Shown here piece by piece: positions 10,500 to 19,990 of a stretch of DNA of 64,000 nt. The DNA is from an uncultured virus (IMG/VR IMGVR_UViG_3300024946_000002). Taxonomy: Duplodnaviria; Heunggongvirae; Uroviricota; Caudoviricetes. The stretch lies in IMG/VR virus record IMGVR_UViG_3300024946_000002; one strand, given 5' to 3'. Under the pieces are notes generated by a model. The model did not search any database. It had not been told where the DNA came from and worked only from the letters and a program-made list of their open reading frames with translations. Both the position numbers and the translations under genes were made by a program. Numbering within the stretch: the stretch's first letter is position 1; each line of letters opens with the position of its first letter.

Positions 10500-10934
10500 C
10501 TAGCTATCCATTGTTGTTTCTGATGTTCTGTAATTAACCGAGTATGTTTTTTCAATCACTGCCAAACGTTTTCCATTAGCAGCGTTTTGGCGAATGGTGC
10601 CAAGCTCATTAATATCAAAACAAAGTCCACCCAAGGTTGCATCTGCAAACAACTTTGCGTGGGCCTCTACCATGACCGCATCTACATCACTAACTGCTGT
10701 AGGGCCTATTGCCATAAATGTTAGGGTTACTTCTACGTCTCTATCTTTAAATCCAATTACCAAAAGGTTTGGTGGCGGCTCATCACCAAGCTCAATATTG
10801 ATAGCGGTACCGCTATTTAAGTCCGCAGGCGAAATAGGATCTGTGCGAACATCCTCAGCAGCTACAGTAGACATTGCCGGATCTGTCAAAATATCCTGTA
10901 TAGCCAGAATAATTTGCATGCCTATACTTGCCAC
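10500..10934 (-). CDS. Putative tail terminator/completion protein
   Basis: 144 aa, ADATLGGL motif, position before the tube gene. Confidence 0.65.
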   Translation of the reverse strand: MASIGMQIILAIQDILTDPAMSTVAAEDVRTDPISPADLNSGTAINIELGDEPPPNLLVIGFKDRDVEVTLTFMAIGPTAVSDVDAVMVEAHAKLFADATLGGLCFDINELGTIRQNAANGKRLAVIEKTYSVNYRTSETTMDS

Positions 10935-11215
10935 TACACTTCCTCCAAAATCACTAATGCCATTCCTGTACCATCAAGCTCAACACTTGAGACTTTGTAG
11001 TTTTGCCCTTTAATGACAAGAGGCGTATTACGAGTTGCAACACCTAAATTAGTCTCGCTAATATGCAAAACAGGTCTAGAACCTTCAACATCAAATGTTG
11101 TTTGATAGTTTTTATCGAATAAAGCACTAACAGGTGGATTACCGAGAATTGAGATCGATACAAAGCCAGGTGTATCTTGGTTAATGAAATCGTCAAAATC
11201 CTCGGTAAATGCCAT
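10934..11215 (-). CDS. Putative head-tail joining protein
   Basis: 93 aa ending DGTGMALVILEEV; gene order. Confidence 0.7.
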   Translation of the reverse strand: MAFTEDFDDFINQDTPGFVSISILGNPPVSALFDKNYQTTFDVEGSRPVLHISETNLGVATRNTPLVIKGQNYKVSSVELDGTGMALVILEEV

Positions 11216-11217
11216 CC

Positions 11218-11631
11218 TTACTCGTTACCTTTTTCAGCAGATTTTTCAGCAGCTTCTTTTTCTGCCTGAGCTTTAGCCTCTTCCGCTGCTGTAATAGCTG
11301 CTTGGTCTGCCTCTGCGTTGGCCTTAGCTTCTGCTGCCGCTTTTTCAGCAGCTTCTTTTTCTGCCTGAGCTTTAGCCTCTTCCGCTGCCTTATGAGCTGC
11401 AGCTTCTTTTTCTGCATCTTTTTCAGACAGCAATAAGGTAGATTGATATTTATCTAACTGGCCATCAAAACCGAAAGTTTCACCTTGTTTGAATGTCACG
11501 GGGTGAGCTACTAAATATTGGCCCTTCTTGCTTTTTGCCAGCAAGTGACCACGGTCTTTAACTTGGGCTTCTGACAAAGTCAGCAGGCCACCGCTAATCA
11601 CCACTGATTTTCCAATCACTGTATATTTCAT
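11218..11631 (-). CDS. Hypothetical head-associated protein with Ala/Glu/Lys repeats
   Basis: Start MKYTVIG; 48-bp perfect repeat at 11242-11289 and 11341-11388 encoding AAEEAKAQAEKEAAEK. Confidence 0.7.
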   Translation of the reverse strand: MKYTVIGKSVVISGGLLTLSEAQVKDRGHLLAKSKKGQYLVAHPVTFKQGETFGFDGQLDKYQSTLLLSEKDAEKEAAAHKAAEEAKAQAEKEAAEKAAAEAKANAEADQAAITAAEEAKAQAEKEAAEKSAEKGNE

Positions 11632-11642
11632 GGTGGCGCCCC

Positions 11643-12584
11643 TTAGATCAATGTCACTTGAACAGAACCCTGCCAGCGGCCATAGCCAACATTGCGCCAT
11701 GCATCGATACCAACTTGGATAGCATCGTTATCGAATGCAAATTCTGAAGTTTCATCTTTAACCTTCACGCTAGGCTCAGTCTCTTCTTGACGAATGAATG
11801 GACGTACAGAGCCATCGATACGATCAATTGTGAATTTATCTGTCCAACCAGCGCTTGTTAATCGTGGATTAACTGCCAGCTGAATATCCCAATCTTCAAT
11901 TGCCATACTAGATGGGCCAGCCACACGAGCTAAAGACAAGCCAGCACGGAATGCTTCAGATAAACCAACTGGCACCATTACCAAGAAAGATTTTGCTGTT
12001 TCATTAATAGGCTCACCTTGGTCATCCACAAATGACAACATTTGCGAAATACCTTTAAGTACAGCTTGCTGAGCCTCTTCTGGGCTTGGTGCAGATACTG
12101 TGCCATGCACTTGTGCTGGTAATCCAGAAATATCAACATCAATCTTGTTAGATTGAGAACCGCTTTCACCTTCGCTATGGTCAGTGTCGTAAAAGTATTG
12201 ACCGTCATAGCACAATTGGCTTGCGCCATTCACTTTTAAGCTTGATAACAATGAAGCCCAGTGTGTTTCACCACGCTCAGCAAGCTCATTAACACGCACT
12301 TGAATCTGGCCAGTTTTATCACGGCGCATATCTTTTAGTTTGATTTCAAGTGTTGCTTCATAATGCTTGTTTTGAATGGTGATGCCATTCTCCACAAAAC
12401 CCTTAGCATGACGACCACCAACCCATTCACGCAGTTTTGGTGTGTTACTTAAGAACGCATACTCTTCTGATGATTGGTCTGATTTAAAGTAGTTAGATAC
12501 TTTATCTAACCACATTGCGCCTGATACAGTTTCCAGTGCTTGGAAATACATGCCCACAACGGCGCGTGATGTAATTTTATCCAT
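11643..12584 (-). CDS. Major capsid protein, Mu gpT-like
   Basis: LREWVG, NKHYEATLEI and CYDGQYFYDTDH motifs. Confidence 0.85.
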   Translation of the reverse strand: MDKITSRAVVGMYFQALETVSGAMWLDKVSNYFKSDQSSEEYAFLSNTPKLREWVGGRHAKGFVENGITIQNKHYEATLEIKLKDMRRDKTGQIQVRVNELAERGETHWASLLSSLKVNGASQLCYDGQYFYDTDHSEGESGSQSNKIDVDISGLPAQVHGTVSAPSPEEAQQAVLKGISQMLSFVDDQGEPINETAKSFLVMVPVGLSEAFRAGLSLARVAGPSSMAIEDWDIQLAVNPRLTSAGWTDKFTIDRIDGSVRPFIRQEETEPSVKVKDETSEFAFDNDAIQVGIDAWRNVGYGRWQGSVQVTLI

Positions 12585-12594
12585 GGTTTACCCC

Positions 12595-13275
12595 TTATTT
12601 AATCAAAGCAGCGAGTTGATTGAACTTCACAGTCAGCTCTTTGAAATTGTTGTTTAAAGTTGCTTGGTTGAATGCAGCACCTACATCACCGACAGTGCCG
12701 TCTGCTGTGCCTGTCGTACTATCGGTCAACGCTGTTACCAAACCAACACCACCGCGACCAGCATCAAACTGCACGATACCAATACCACTTGATACAAAAC
12801 GCACCACACGACCAATGGCTGAGTTGCTTGTTGCAGTTAAAGTAAAGGTATTATCATCAGACGCATAAACAGGCTTACCAACATCTGTAATTGCCAAGCT
12901 GCCAATCGCTAACTGAATGCGGCCACTAGAACGTAAATTAACGCTAATAGCACCTGCAGCACCTGCAGAGTTATCTGCTTTATCTGTTGCAAACCCAAGA
13001 AACGCATCACCAGCCACCAAAGGGCGAGCATAACCAGAACCGTTATCACCGACAGCTGCCCCGCCATAAATAATGTCTGCTGCTACAACGCCTACATCAT
13101 TACGGTCACCAATTTCGTAAGAACGCAACTGATCTTGAGCTAATGTGGTCATACCAACGCCAGCTAAAAGCGGCAGACCTTGGGCAATATGTGAAACGTC
13201 ATAAACGCCTGCGTAAGCACCAATACTGAATACCGCTGCTACCAGCCCAATTAAAAGAAGTGTTGATTTTTTCAT
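12595..13275 (-). CDS. Capsid decoration/cement-like protein with signal-peptide-like N-terminus
   Basis: VGKPVYASDDNTFTLT...IGRV motif; lies between protease and capsid genes. Confidence 0.65.
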   Translation of the reverse strand: MKKSTLLLIGLVAAVFSIGAYAGVYDVSHIAQGLPLLAGVGMTTLAQDQLRSYEIGDRNDVGVVAADIIYGGAAVGDNGSGYARPLVAGDAFLGFATDKADNSAGAAGAISVNLRSSGRIQLAIGSLAITDVGKPVYASDDNTFTLTATSNSAIGRVVRFVSSGIGIVQFDAGRGGVGLVTALTDSTTGTADGTVGDVGAAFNQATLNNNFKELTVKFNQLAALIK

Positions 13276-13286
13276 GATAGATACCT

Positions 13287-13772
13287 TTATTTAGATTGAC
13301 CGGCTACTCTCACACTGCCAGCTGCATGAGCTTTTGCGTATGAAAGATAAGTTGCAAAACTGTTGCCGAATTCAGCGCGTAGGCTTGAATCTTTATCCCA
13401 AGTAGCTTGCGCTTTATCTTCAACAGACATATTTGCATCAGCTTGAGATTCAGCTTCAAGTGCAGCTGCATCATCAGGTGCAGATGCAAAAGCAACTGCA
13501 GCTGGTGTGCCTGTTACTAAGTTTGCAGCAAACTGGTTTTGTAAAGCACGCTCTGCATTTACAACCTGCACAGCAGCTTCAGGACCAGTGGTTTTGCCAT
13601 CAAATTTAAGTGAGGTGATTAAAGATTCGTGTCCGCGCATAGATTGCGCTTCAACAGATTTAATACGATTTAGCTCTGCAGATGCTCCGGCGTCGAAGCC
13701 GGCACTGCGGCCTTCTTCTACCAGAGCAGCACACAAGTCTGGATGCGCAGCGCGCAATTCTTCCAGTGTCAT
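13287..13772 (-). CDS. Nested in-frame scaffolding protein (Nu3-like)
   Basis: AAAGGAG 8 nt upstream of internal ATG 13772 (MTLEELRAAHPDL). Confidence 0.7.
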   Translation of the reverse strand: MTLEELRAAHPDLCAALVEEGRSAGFDAGASAELNRIKSVEAQSMRGHESLITSLKFDGKTTGPEAAVQVVNAERALQNQFAANLVTGTPAAVAFASAPDDAAALEAESQADANMSVEDKAQATWDKDSSLRAEFGNSFATYLSYAKAHAAGSVRVAGQSK

Positions 13773-14759
13773 GGTTGTTACTCCTTTGGTTGAAATATGG
13801 GGTGCTGCCTTGTCTTGCTGCATGCCAGGCAACGTGGCATTTTCTTTAGCCGCTGTACTTACATTGGCTGGAATAGAATGAACGCGAGTACTACGTTTTT
13901 GCGATAACTCTGCAATTAGTTTGTCGGTAGTTGACACACGATCAGCCAAGCCCATTGATACGGCTTTTTGACCACGGTATGTATTGGCTTGTGTGTTGAT
14001 GATGGCCTCTACTGAAAGCCCACGCTGCACTGAAACTGCTTGCACAAACATCTCGTAAAGGGTATTAATTTCGTCTTGGAAATCAGCGCGAACAGACTCA
14101 GGTAAAGGCGCGAATGGGTTTCCATCCACTTTATGATCACCGGCAAATATATGAGTGACTTGAACACCCTCATTTGCCATCGCACGTGAAACATCAATAT
14201 GACGCATCACTACACCAATGGAGCCAGCGTACCCAGTATTTGTAATGACTAATTCATCAGCGGCACTACCACCTAAGTAAGCAGCTGAAGCGGCAATACT
14301 ATCCGCAATAGAAATCATGGGCTTTTTACCCAATAATGCTTGCATACGTTCTGCATGTTCAAACGCGCCGTTCACTTCACCGCCTGGGCTATCGTAAACG
14401 CGCAATACAGCATGAACATCGCTGTTATCCATGGCACTTTCAATTTGTCTGGTAATGTCGTTATAACCAAGCAAAAATGTGGAGTCAGCTTCCATACGAC
14501 TACGGTGCACTGTTGCACCTGAAATATTAATAACTGCCACACCATCCACCACTTGGAAACCGCGCTCATAATCTTGGCGATTCATTTTTTTAGTGGAAAA
14601 TAATTCTGGTGCAAGCATTTCATATCCAGCTGAATCGCCAGTATGAGAATTAGCAGCAAATAAACGTGGGCTGATACCAGCAATAATTGCATCCAGCTTT
14701 TGCGGATGAATCATCAGCGGTGCATTGAAAAGCCTTGCAGTAATATGTGGATATCGCAT
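13287..14759 (-). CDS. S49-family capsid maturation protease fused to scaffold
   Basis: DSPGGEV, AASAAY and AGSIGV motifs. Confidence 0.9.
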   Translation of the reverse strand: MRYPHITARLFNAPLMIHPQKLDAIIAGISPRLFAANSHTGDSAGYEMLAPELFSTKKMNRQDYERGFQVVDGVAVINISGATVHRSRMEADSTFLLGYNDITRQIESAMDNSDVHAVLRVYDSPGGEVNGAFEHAERMQALLGKKPMISIADSIAASAAYLGGSAADELVITNTGYAGSIGVVMRHIDVSRAMANEGVQVTHIFAGDHKVDGNPFAPLPESVRADFQDEINTLYEMFVQAVSVQRGLSVEAIINTQANTYRGQKAVSMGLADRVSTTDKLIAELSQKRSTRVHSIPANVSTAAKENATLPGMQQDKAAPHISTKGVTTMTLEELRAAHPDLCAALVEEGRSAGFDAGASAELNRIKSVEAQSMRGHESLITSLKFDGKTTGPEAAVQVVNAERALQNQFAANLVTGTPAAVAFASAPDDAAALEAESQADANMSVEDKAQATWDKDSSLRAEFGNSFATYLSYAKAHAAGSVRVAGQSK

Positions 14760-14766
14760 AGGTTTA

Positions 14767-14811
14767 ACATTACAGAGTGTGACGTCTCATTTTTAGGGGA
14801 AAATGAGACGT
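14767..14811 (-). promoter_or_regulatory. Phage A late promoter box 1
   Basis: GTCTCA-N14-TGAGAC palindrome, then 11 nt, then TAATGT; ATG 7 nt further. Confidence 0.72.
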
Positions 14812-14814
14812 GAT

Positions 14815-16464
14815 TTACTCATCATCGTCTTCATTTTTTTTCTTATCTAAATCTAAGTCTTCATCTAAGTCTTCAATCTTTACTGGAATACCGCCTTGTG
14901 ATGGCAAAACAGTCAAGCCGTCAGCATCGCGCATGCGTTTTTCTTTGGCTAATTGCTTATGTTTGGTTTCATAAGGCACACCATCATGCAGAATGCTTTC
15001 TGTCTCACGTGTTGATATACCTAGCTCCACTCGCTCTTTTGCAGCAGAAACCTCTTTGGCTGGGTCAATGCTGCCAGGACCGTCTCCAATCCAGATTGAT
15101 TTACTCCATGCTGCACGAGTAAGCTTGTCTGCAAAGAAGCCTGGTGCTTTGATGTAGCCTTTTGCTACAGCTTCCTCTAGCCACAACTCATATACAGGCT
15201 GACAAAAGTCAGAGGCCATCCAATCACGCCAACGACGGTAAGTTTTCCAAGCGGCTAGTAATGCAGCACGCGCAGCTGAATAGCTTGATTGAAAATGCAT
15301 GATCAGCACTTCAAAGGGGATTTCCAGTTGCATCCCGATTTGGCGCAAAATCGATTGAAAGAATTGGTCAAACTCAGGGTTTGGTCTGCCAGGATTTGGC
15401 GACACAGGCTCTTCACCTGGCAATAAATTAATGACTCGACCATTATCATCAAGACTCCCGTCCCAATTCGATGCTTGTTTTGCATAATTTTGGCGCCCAG
15501 TGTCGTCAAAAATATCCATAAACGCTTCGTGATCCATTCGCACAAACATAGCAAACATACCGTTCACTACAGCCGCTTGAAGCTCTGCATCTGTGAAACG
15601 TCCTAGCTGCTTCAATGGTTCAATAATTGGGGCGAATTCAGGCACGCCACGCACCTGTTCAGGACGTAATTGCTTGAAGAGATGAATTACATTTTTACGG
15701 CCATTTTCACCGTATGCCTGTACGGGGATCCACTCATTACCAGCTTGACGTAAACTACCAGGGTGAATCTTGCTAAAGTGGTATCTAATAGGCGCACCAT
15801 CACCATCCATCTCAATACCATCAACCATTGTGTTGGTATTTTGTTTTCGATTAGGATTACTGCAACGGTCTGCTTCAATGGTTTGTAATGTCAGGTCGTA
15901 TCTGTTTCCACGTGGTTTTATAAGGTTAATAGAAAACACATCACCGGACTCCATACGAGAACGGAATACCAGATCTTGAATTTGGTAAAAGTTTAACTGT
16001 CTGCGTAGATCACAGTCTTTACTATTAGCCCATAGCGAATACTCACGCAGAGTGTTTTCTGCCCATTCATCTGCTTGCTCTTCGGTAATTCGTAAGAATT
16101 TTGCATCTGGTTTCGGGGATAGTGAAAGGCCTGTACCTATGACATTCGTAGTCATCTGCCCTACAGCACCACCAGCAATAGGATTGTTACGCACCAAATC
16201 GCGACTACGTGCGCGATTCATGACTAAGTCTGGGCTAATATCAGCCTCAGCAGATCCTGCAAAAGAATTCCAGTTTGATGTTGCAGCATTGTCACGTTTT
16301 GCGCCTTTATAACCAATTCCACTAGATCCCCCTACAGCCAACGCCATCACTGAGCGCGCCTGCATATTTCTTAGTGCAACTTTAGGTGCAAAGTAGCCAA
16401 TTGCTTTATCAACCAAGTTCGGTTTAATTTCTAACGGTTTACGGGTTGGTGTAGTTTTTGCCAT
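14815..16464 (-). CDS. Portal protein, lambda family
   Basis: RARSRDLVRNN, RPEQVRGVP, SSYSAARAAL motifs. Confidence 0.93.
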   Translation of the reverse strand: MAKTTPTRKPLEIKPNLVDKAIGYFAPKVALRNMQARSVMALAVGGSSGIGYKGAKRDNAATSNWNSFAGSAEADISPDLVMNRARSRDLVRNNPIAGGAVGQMTTNVIGTGLSLSPKPDAKFLRITEEQADEWAENTLREYSLWANSKDCDLRRQLNFYQIQDLVFRSRMESGDVFSINLIKPRGNRYDLTLQTIEADRCSNPNRKQNTNTMVDGIEMDGDGAPIRYHFSKIHPGSLRQAGNEWIPVQAYGENGRKNVIHLFKQLRPEQVRGVPEFAPIIEPLKQLGRFTDAELQAAVVNGMFAMFVRMDHEAFMDIFDDTGRQNYAKQASNWDGSLDDNGRVINLLPGEEPVSPNPGRPNPEFDQFFQSILRQIGMQLEIPFEVLIMHFQSSYSAARAALLAAWKTYRRWRDWMASDFCQPVYELWLEEAVAKGYIKAPGFFADKLTRAAWSKSIWIGDGPGSIDPAKEVSAAKERVELGISTRETESILHDGVPYETKHKQLAKEKRMRDADGLTVLPSQGGIPVKIEDLDEDLDLDKKKNEDDDE

Positions 16465-16470
16465 AATGAT

Positions 16471-16695
16471 TTACCTTGGGCGAGCAACGACTGTACGACG
16501 GCCACCATATGCTTTAGCAGCAAGCTCTTTTACGCGGGCATCCCAAGTCTCAATGCCATCACGCACTTCTTTTAGATTTGCGCGGTTTAAGCGACGCCCT
16601 TGAAATTCGTAAGATTGATTAGCAAGAATCTTAGATTCTGCTTCTAGATATTCATTAAGCTTGGTTTCTGCTTGTTCGAGTGTAATGCCGGCCAT
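16471..16695 (-). CDS. Head-tail joining protein gpW-like
   Basis: 74 aa, QSYEFQGRRLNRANL; directly before the portal gene. Confidence 0.8.
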   Translation of the reverse strand: MAGITLEQAETKLNEYLEAESKILANQSYEFQGRRLNRANLKEVRDGIETWDARVKELAAKAYGGRRTVVARPR

Positions 16696-16720
16696 TCGGA
16701 ATCTCCGATTAATAGTGACA

Positions 16721-16764
16721 AGCTTATTGGTATTACCGTCTCATTTTTAGGGGAATTTGAGACG
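16721..16764 (-). promoter_or_regulatory. Phage A late promoter box 2
   Basis: GTCTCA-N14-TGAGAC, 11 nt, TAAGCT. Confidence 0.72.
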
Positions 16765-16790
16765 AAAAAAAAGGCCACTTTCGCAGCCTT
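16765..16790 (-). terminator. Intrinsic terminator
   Basis: AAGGCTGC-GAAA-GTGGCCTT followed by a T run on the minus strand. Confidence 0.8.
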
Positions 16791-16890
16791 ATTAAATTTG
16801 TATTTTTAACCTTAGTTACAACTCATTAAATTAACAGTTCATCGCTCTACTCCTAAAAGTTTGGATTAAATTACTGGTTAATAAAATTGT

Positions 16891-16934
16891 ATTATCTGCC
16901 TAGCGCTGTCTCAATTTCAGGGGAAAATGAGACG
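16891..16934 (-). promoter_or_regulatory. Phage A late promoter box 3
   Basis: GTCTCA-N14-TGAGAC, 11 nt, GATAAT. Confidence 0.68.
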
Positions 16935-16937
16935 ATA

Positions 16938-17216
16938 TTAATCACCTTTTTTCATATGCCTAAATATCGTTGCTCTACCTACACCAGTCTCTTTTCTAAT
17001 TTCACTAAACGGTTTTCCACCTAAGTACTCAGTCACAGCTTTTTTAACTTGGGCTTTATTGATTTTCTTCTTGGCGATATACGCATCCTCTCCACCCCAA
17101 TGCTTACGCGTTGTTGTTTCAATTATCTCTAGTTTTTCCTGAATTTGTTCTTTATTCAGCTCTGGGATAGCGTCGCGAAACTGCTGCATCATAAAATCTA
17201 CTATGTCTTCAGCCAC
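16938..17216 (-). CDS. Mor/C-like transcription activator (HTH)
   Basis: HWGGEDAYIAK resembles the Mor GG..YIP motif; C-terminal HTH FSEIRKETGVGRATIFRHM. Confidence 0.7.
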   Translation of the reverse strand: MAEDIVDFMMQQFRDAIPELNKEQIQEKLEIIETTTRKHWGGEDAYIAKKKINKAQVKKAVTEYLGGKPFSEIRKETGVGRATIFRHMKKGD

Positions 17217-19180
17217 TATCGCGCCCCTCCACGATTAAAACCAGACAGCTGCAGCTTGCCACCAATATTGGTTGATACGTCAGCCACATCCTGTTGCGGT
17301 TGTTGCACTACTTTTGCATCAGCATCTGCAACATTTTGTGGCTCTATCATTGCTTCGCGTCTTTCCCAGTCTGATTTTTTCCATTTATGCAGGTAGACTT
17401 CAGGATGATGACTAGCTGCAATAGATAGTACCCAAGTATCAAGTTGCTCGTTACGCTTACCTTTTTTAAGCTCCCATCTGTTTTTTCTAGGGTTGTAAGT
17501 TTCAGACACCAAACCATCGTAGTAAGAGTCATCCAGTCCTGTACTAAAATGCACAAGACGCTCTCCTGGGTCTTTCTCGTTATCCCCATTTAAACGGTTA
17601 TAGAGCAAATGTTTTGCTGTATCTGAACCAATAACATACAGCGCCACCCCTTTTTTAATGGTTTGGCCTCGCCAGTTAACATCTTGCAAGCTTGGCTTTC
17701 CTAAAATAGCGCGGCCATAAGTACTTGCACCCTTACATGCTATAACGCGTGAAACGCCAAAATCTGCTGCAGCACGCCTAGAAAATCCATAAACCATATG
17801 CGTATGGTGACCGCCTGTATCGACAGCTGTTGCTTCAATTCTCAAACTCTTACCGAAATGATTCACAAACACAGCATCCTTCAAATACTTACCTAAAGAA
17901 TCCCAAACATCTTCATCACCTGGATTGCCGTAGATAACATGGTAATCAACAGGCCAAGTGCGACCACCACGTCCATGACCGGTGATTTGAATCTCTAATC
18001 GATCATCTTGCGTGTCCACCCCGCAAGTAAGAACTAAACAGCCAATTGGTATCGTACGTAAGGCGTAAGGCTCTGCACGGGCAGATAATGCATTTGGCTT
18101 AATATCATGGCTACGGTCCGCATATGTTTCACCAAGGCGAGTGTTAATGAACACCATTAGGTCTTTAGGATCATCCTGAGCATCAATCCACTCATAAACC
18201 AGCTGGGTCCAAGACTTACCAAGTCCAATTGGAGAGTACAAAGCATTGATGTGATAACTTTTATATAAATGATCAGGCGCCATGGCAACCCAGCGTGCCT
18301 CACCGCCATGCCCTTTTTCCGGCAACATGATGGCTTTGTGATATTCCTCAATCACACATCCATTGTGTTCGCAGGCATAGTAAACAGATGCAATCTTTCT
18401 CGGATTTTTTACATCCTTTGTCCAGCGTAGGTTATGCCATTTCAGATATTGCAACTCACCACAATGCGGGCATGGCACGTGGTAACGGCGCTGGTCACCA
18501 TCTTCAAACTCTTCTTCAATATGACTGGCATCTTTTACAGTTGGACTACTAACAATAAATAATTTTGCGTCATGAAAAGCAGTTAAGCGTATAACAACAA
18601 GCTTGATTGGGTCGCCTTGTTCGGTAGTCCATGTCCACTCATCAACCTCATCCAACAATGCATAGCGAAGGCTTGTAGATTTCAGTTCTGCTGTTGAACC
18701 AGCCGTCTTGAAATACAGCAATCCACCCGTGAATTTTTTTCGCTGTGCGTTGTTATCAGCTGATTTATTGTTTTTCTTTGATAAAGCCTCACTTACCGCA
18801 GGCGTATCGGTGGACATTGGATCAAATTTTTGAGAAATCCAATCATTCATGCTTTTCTCAGTCGGCATGATTACTGCCATCGGGCCTTTGGCATGGTCAA
18901 TTACATAACCAAGCCAGTTACTACCAGCCTCTGTGCCGCCCACCTGGCTTGATTTCATGAAGACTACTTTTTCATCGGGTGAGTCTTCAGACAATGAGTT
19001 CATGATCTCGCGCAAAAATGGAGTGCGCGAGGTTTTCCATTCACCTGGTTCTGCTGAACCTTCTTCTGACAAAATACGGTTTTTATCTGCCCACTCGCTA
19101 ACAGTTAAAAACTCTTTAGGCTTTACAGCTTTACGCGCTGCTTCGTATGTGAGAAGAAATGCATCAAATAGCAAACTCAT
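17216..19180 (-). CDS. Terminase large subunit, GpA family
   Basis: KSSQVGGTE, LLDEVD, SSPT, CPHCG and GVDTQDDRLE motifs. Confidence 0.95.
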   Translation of the reverse strand: MSLLFDAFLLTYEAARKAVKPKEFLTVSEWADKNRILSEEGSAEPGEWKTSRTPFLREIMNSLSEDSPDEKVVFMKSSQVGGTEAGSNWLGYVIDHAKGPMAVIMPTEKSMNDWISQKFDPMSTDTPAVSEALSKKNNKSADNNAQRKKFTGGLLYFKTAGSTAELKSTSLRYALLDEVDEWTWTTEQGDPIKLVVIRLTAFHDAKLFIVSSPTVKDASHIEEEFEDGDQRRYHVPCPHCGELQYLKWHNLRWTKDVKNPRKIASVYYACEHNGCVIEEYHKAIMLPEKGHGGEARWVAMAPDHLYKSYHINALYSPIGLGKSWTQLVYEWIDAQDDPKDLMVFINTRLGETYADRSHDIKPNALSARAEPYALRTIPIGCLVLTCGVDTQDDRLEIQITGHGRGGRTWPVDYHVIYGNPGDEDVWDSLGKYLKDAVFVNHFGKSLRIEATAVDTGGHHTHMVYGFSRRAAADFGVSRVIACKGASTYGRAILGKPSLQDVNWRGQTIKKGVALYVIGSDTAKHLLYNRLNGDNEKDPGERLVHFSTGLDDSYYDGLVSETYNPRKNRWELKKGKRNEQLDTWVLSIAASHHPEVYLHKWKKSDWERREAMIEPQNVADADAKVVQQPQQDVADVSTNIGGKLQLSGFNRGGAR

Positions 19181-19761
19181 GATTGCTCCTGAGTTGATTG
19201 ATTCAATTTATCATTACAACCCTTTTCTAACTGTGTGAGCACATGATGCACAGCTTGCTTGAGAGTGATACGAATGTCGTTGATATCTTTTCCTACCAAC
19301 TCAGCACTAATGCGGTGTGGCATGTTTTCTAAGTTTTGGCGAAATGTAGTGACCATATCGCCAATCGCATCCTTCATAGCATCGCGCGCTACTAACTTTC
19401 CTATACGTTCCTGATAGTCCAACTCAGCCTCCAGCGCTTTAAACTGCTGCTCTTTTGCGCGAGATTGTGAAAAACTATCGCGGCTAGGGTCTTTTGGCTC
19501 TTTATCTTTTTTTGATTTTCCAGTAGCCGTATGTGAACCAATTTCATTTACTTTACTATCGCTAGCGCGCTCATTTGCATGGCGAGCCTTCACATCATCT
19601 CTGTTAGGGTCCTCAGTTTCAGCAATCTTGATCTTACTTGCCTCAACATCTACCTTGCCATCCACAGAAAAAACTAAACGTCCTGCCTGCTTTAGTTGGC
19701 TAACATAACCCTTAGTCCAGCCCATCAGTTCAGCAAACTCTGTTTGATTTGCCTTAACCAT
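19177..19761 (-). CDS. Terminase small subunit
   Basis: N-terminal HTH (NQTEFAELMGWTKGYVSQLK); directly upstream of TerL; GAGGT RBS before ATG 19761. Confidence 0.8.
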   Translation of the reverse strand: MVKANQTEFAELMGWTKGYVSQLKQAGRLVFSVDGKVDVEASKIKIAETEDPNRDDVKARHANERASDSKVNEIGSHTATGKSKKDKEPKDPSRDSFSQSRAKEQQFKALEAELDYQERIGKLVARDAMKDAIGDMVTTFRQNLENMPHRISAELVGKDINDIRITLKQAVHHVLTQLEKGCNDKLNQSTQEQS

Positions 19762-19990
19762 TTGTAACCTCACTTTTAATCATTGGCTGGTGATATTCAC
19801 AATCGGTATCTGCCAGTGCATAGAAACTATAAAATTCATTAATGCCTTCGTTGCGTGTTAAATAACGGTTGCAGCTTTCTTTGTATGCGCAGCGGATACC
19901 TTCACATTTTTCATGGGAAGATGCAGCATAAACTTCTAATTTAATTTCTCCTGTAGCCACTTCCAGCCCCTCCCGTTTTATAAAGCTCAT
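19754..19990 (-). CDS. Hypothetical Cys-rich protein
   Basis: 78-aa ORF overlapping both neighbours. Confidence 0.55.
   Translation of the reverse strand: MSFIKREGLEVATGEIKLEVYAASSHEKCEGIRCAYKESCNRYLTRNEGINEFYSFYALADTDCEYHQPMIKSEVTNG

Noticed and set aside
11193..11436. Alternative-frame ORFs of 74 and 75 aa
   Set aside because: Shadows of the low-complexity AEK repeat gene
14782..16934. CRISPR repeats or IS ends for the GTCTCA/TGAGAC palindromes
   Set aside because: Three copies at irregular spacing, no cas or transposase genes; fixed distance to -10 boxes fits promoters
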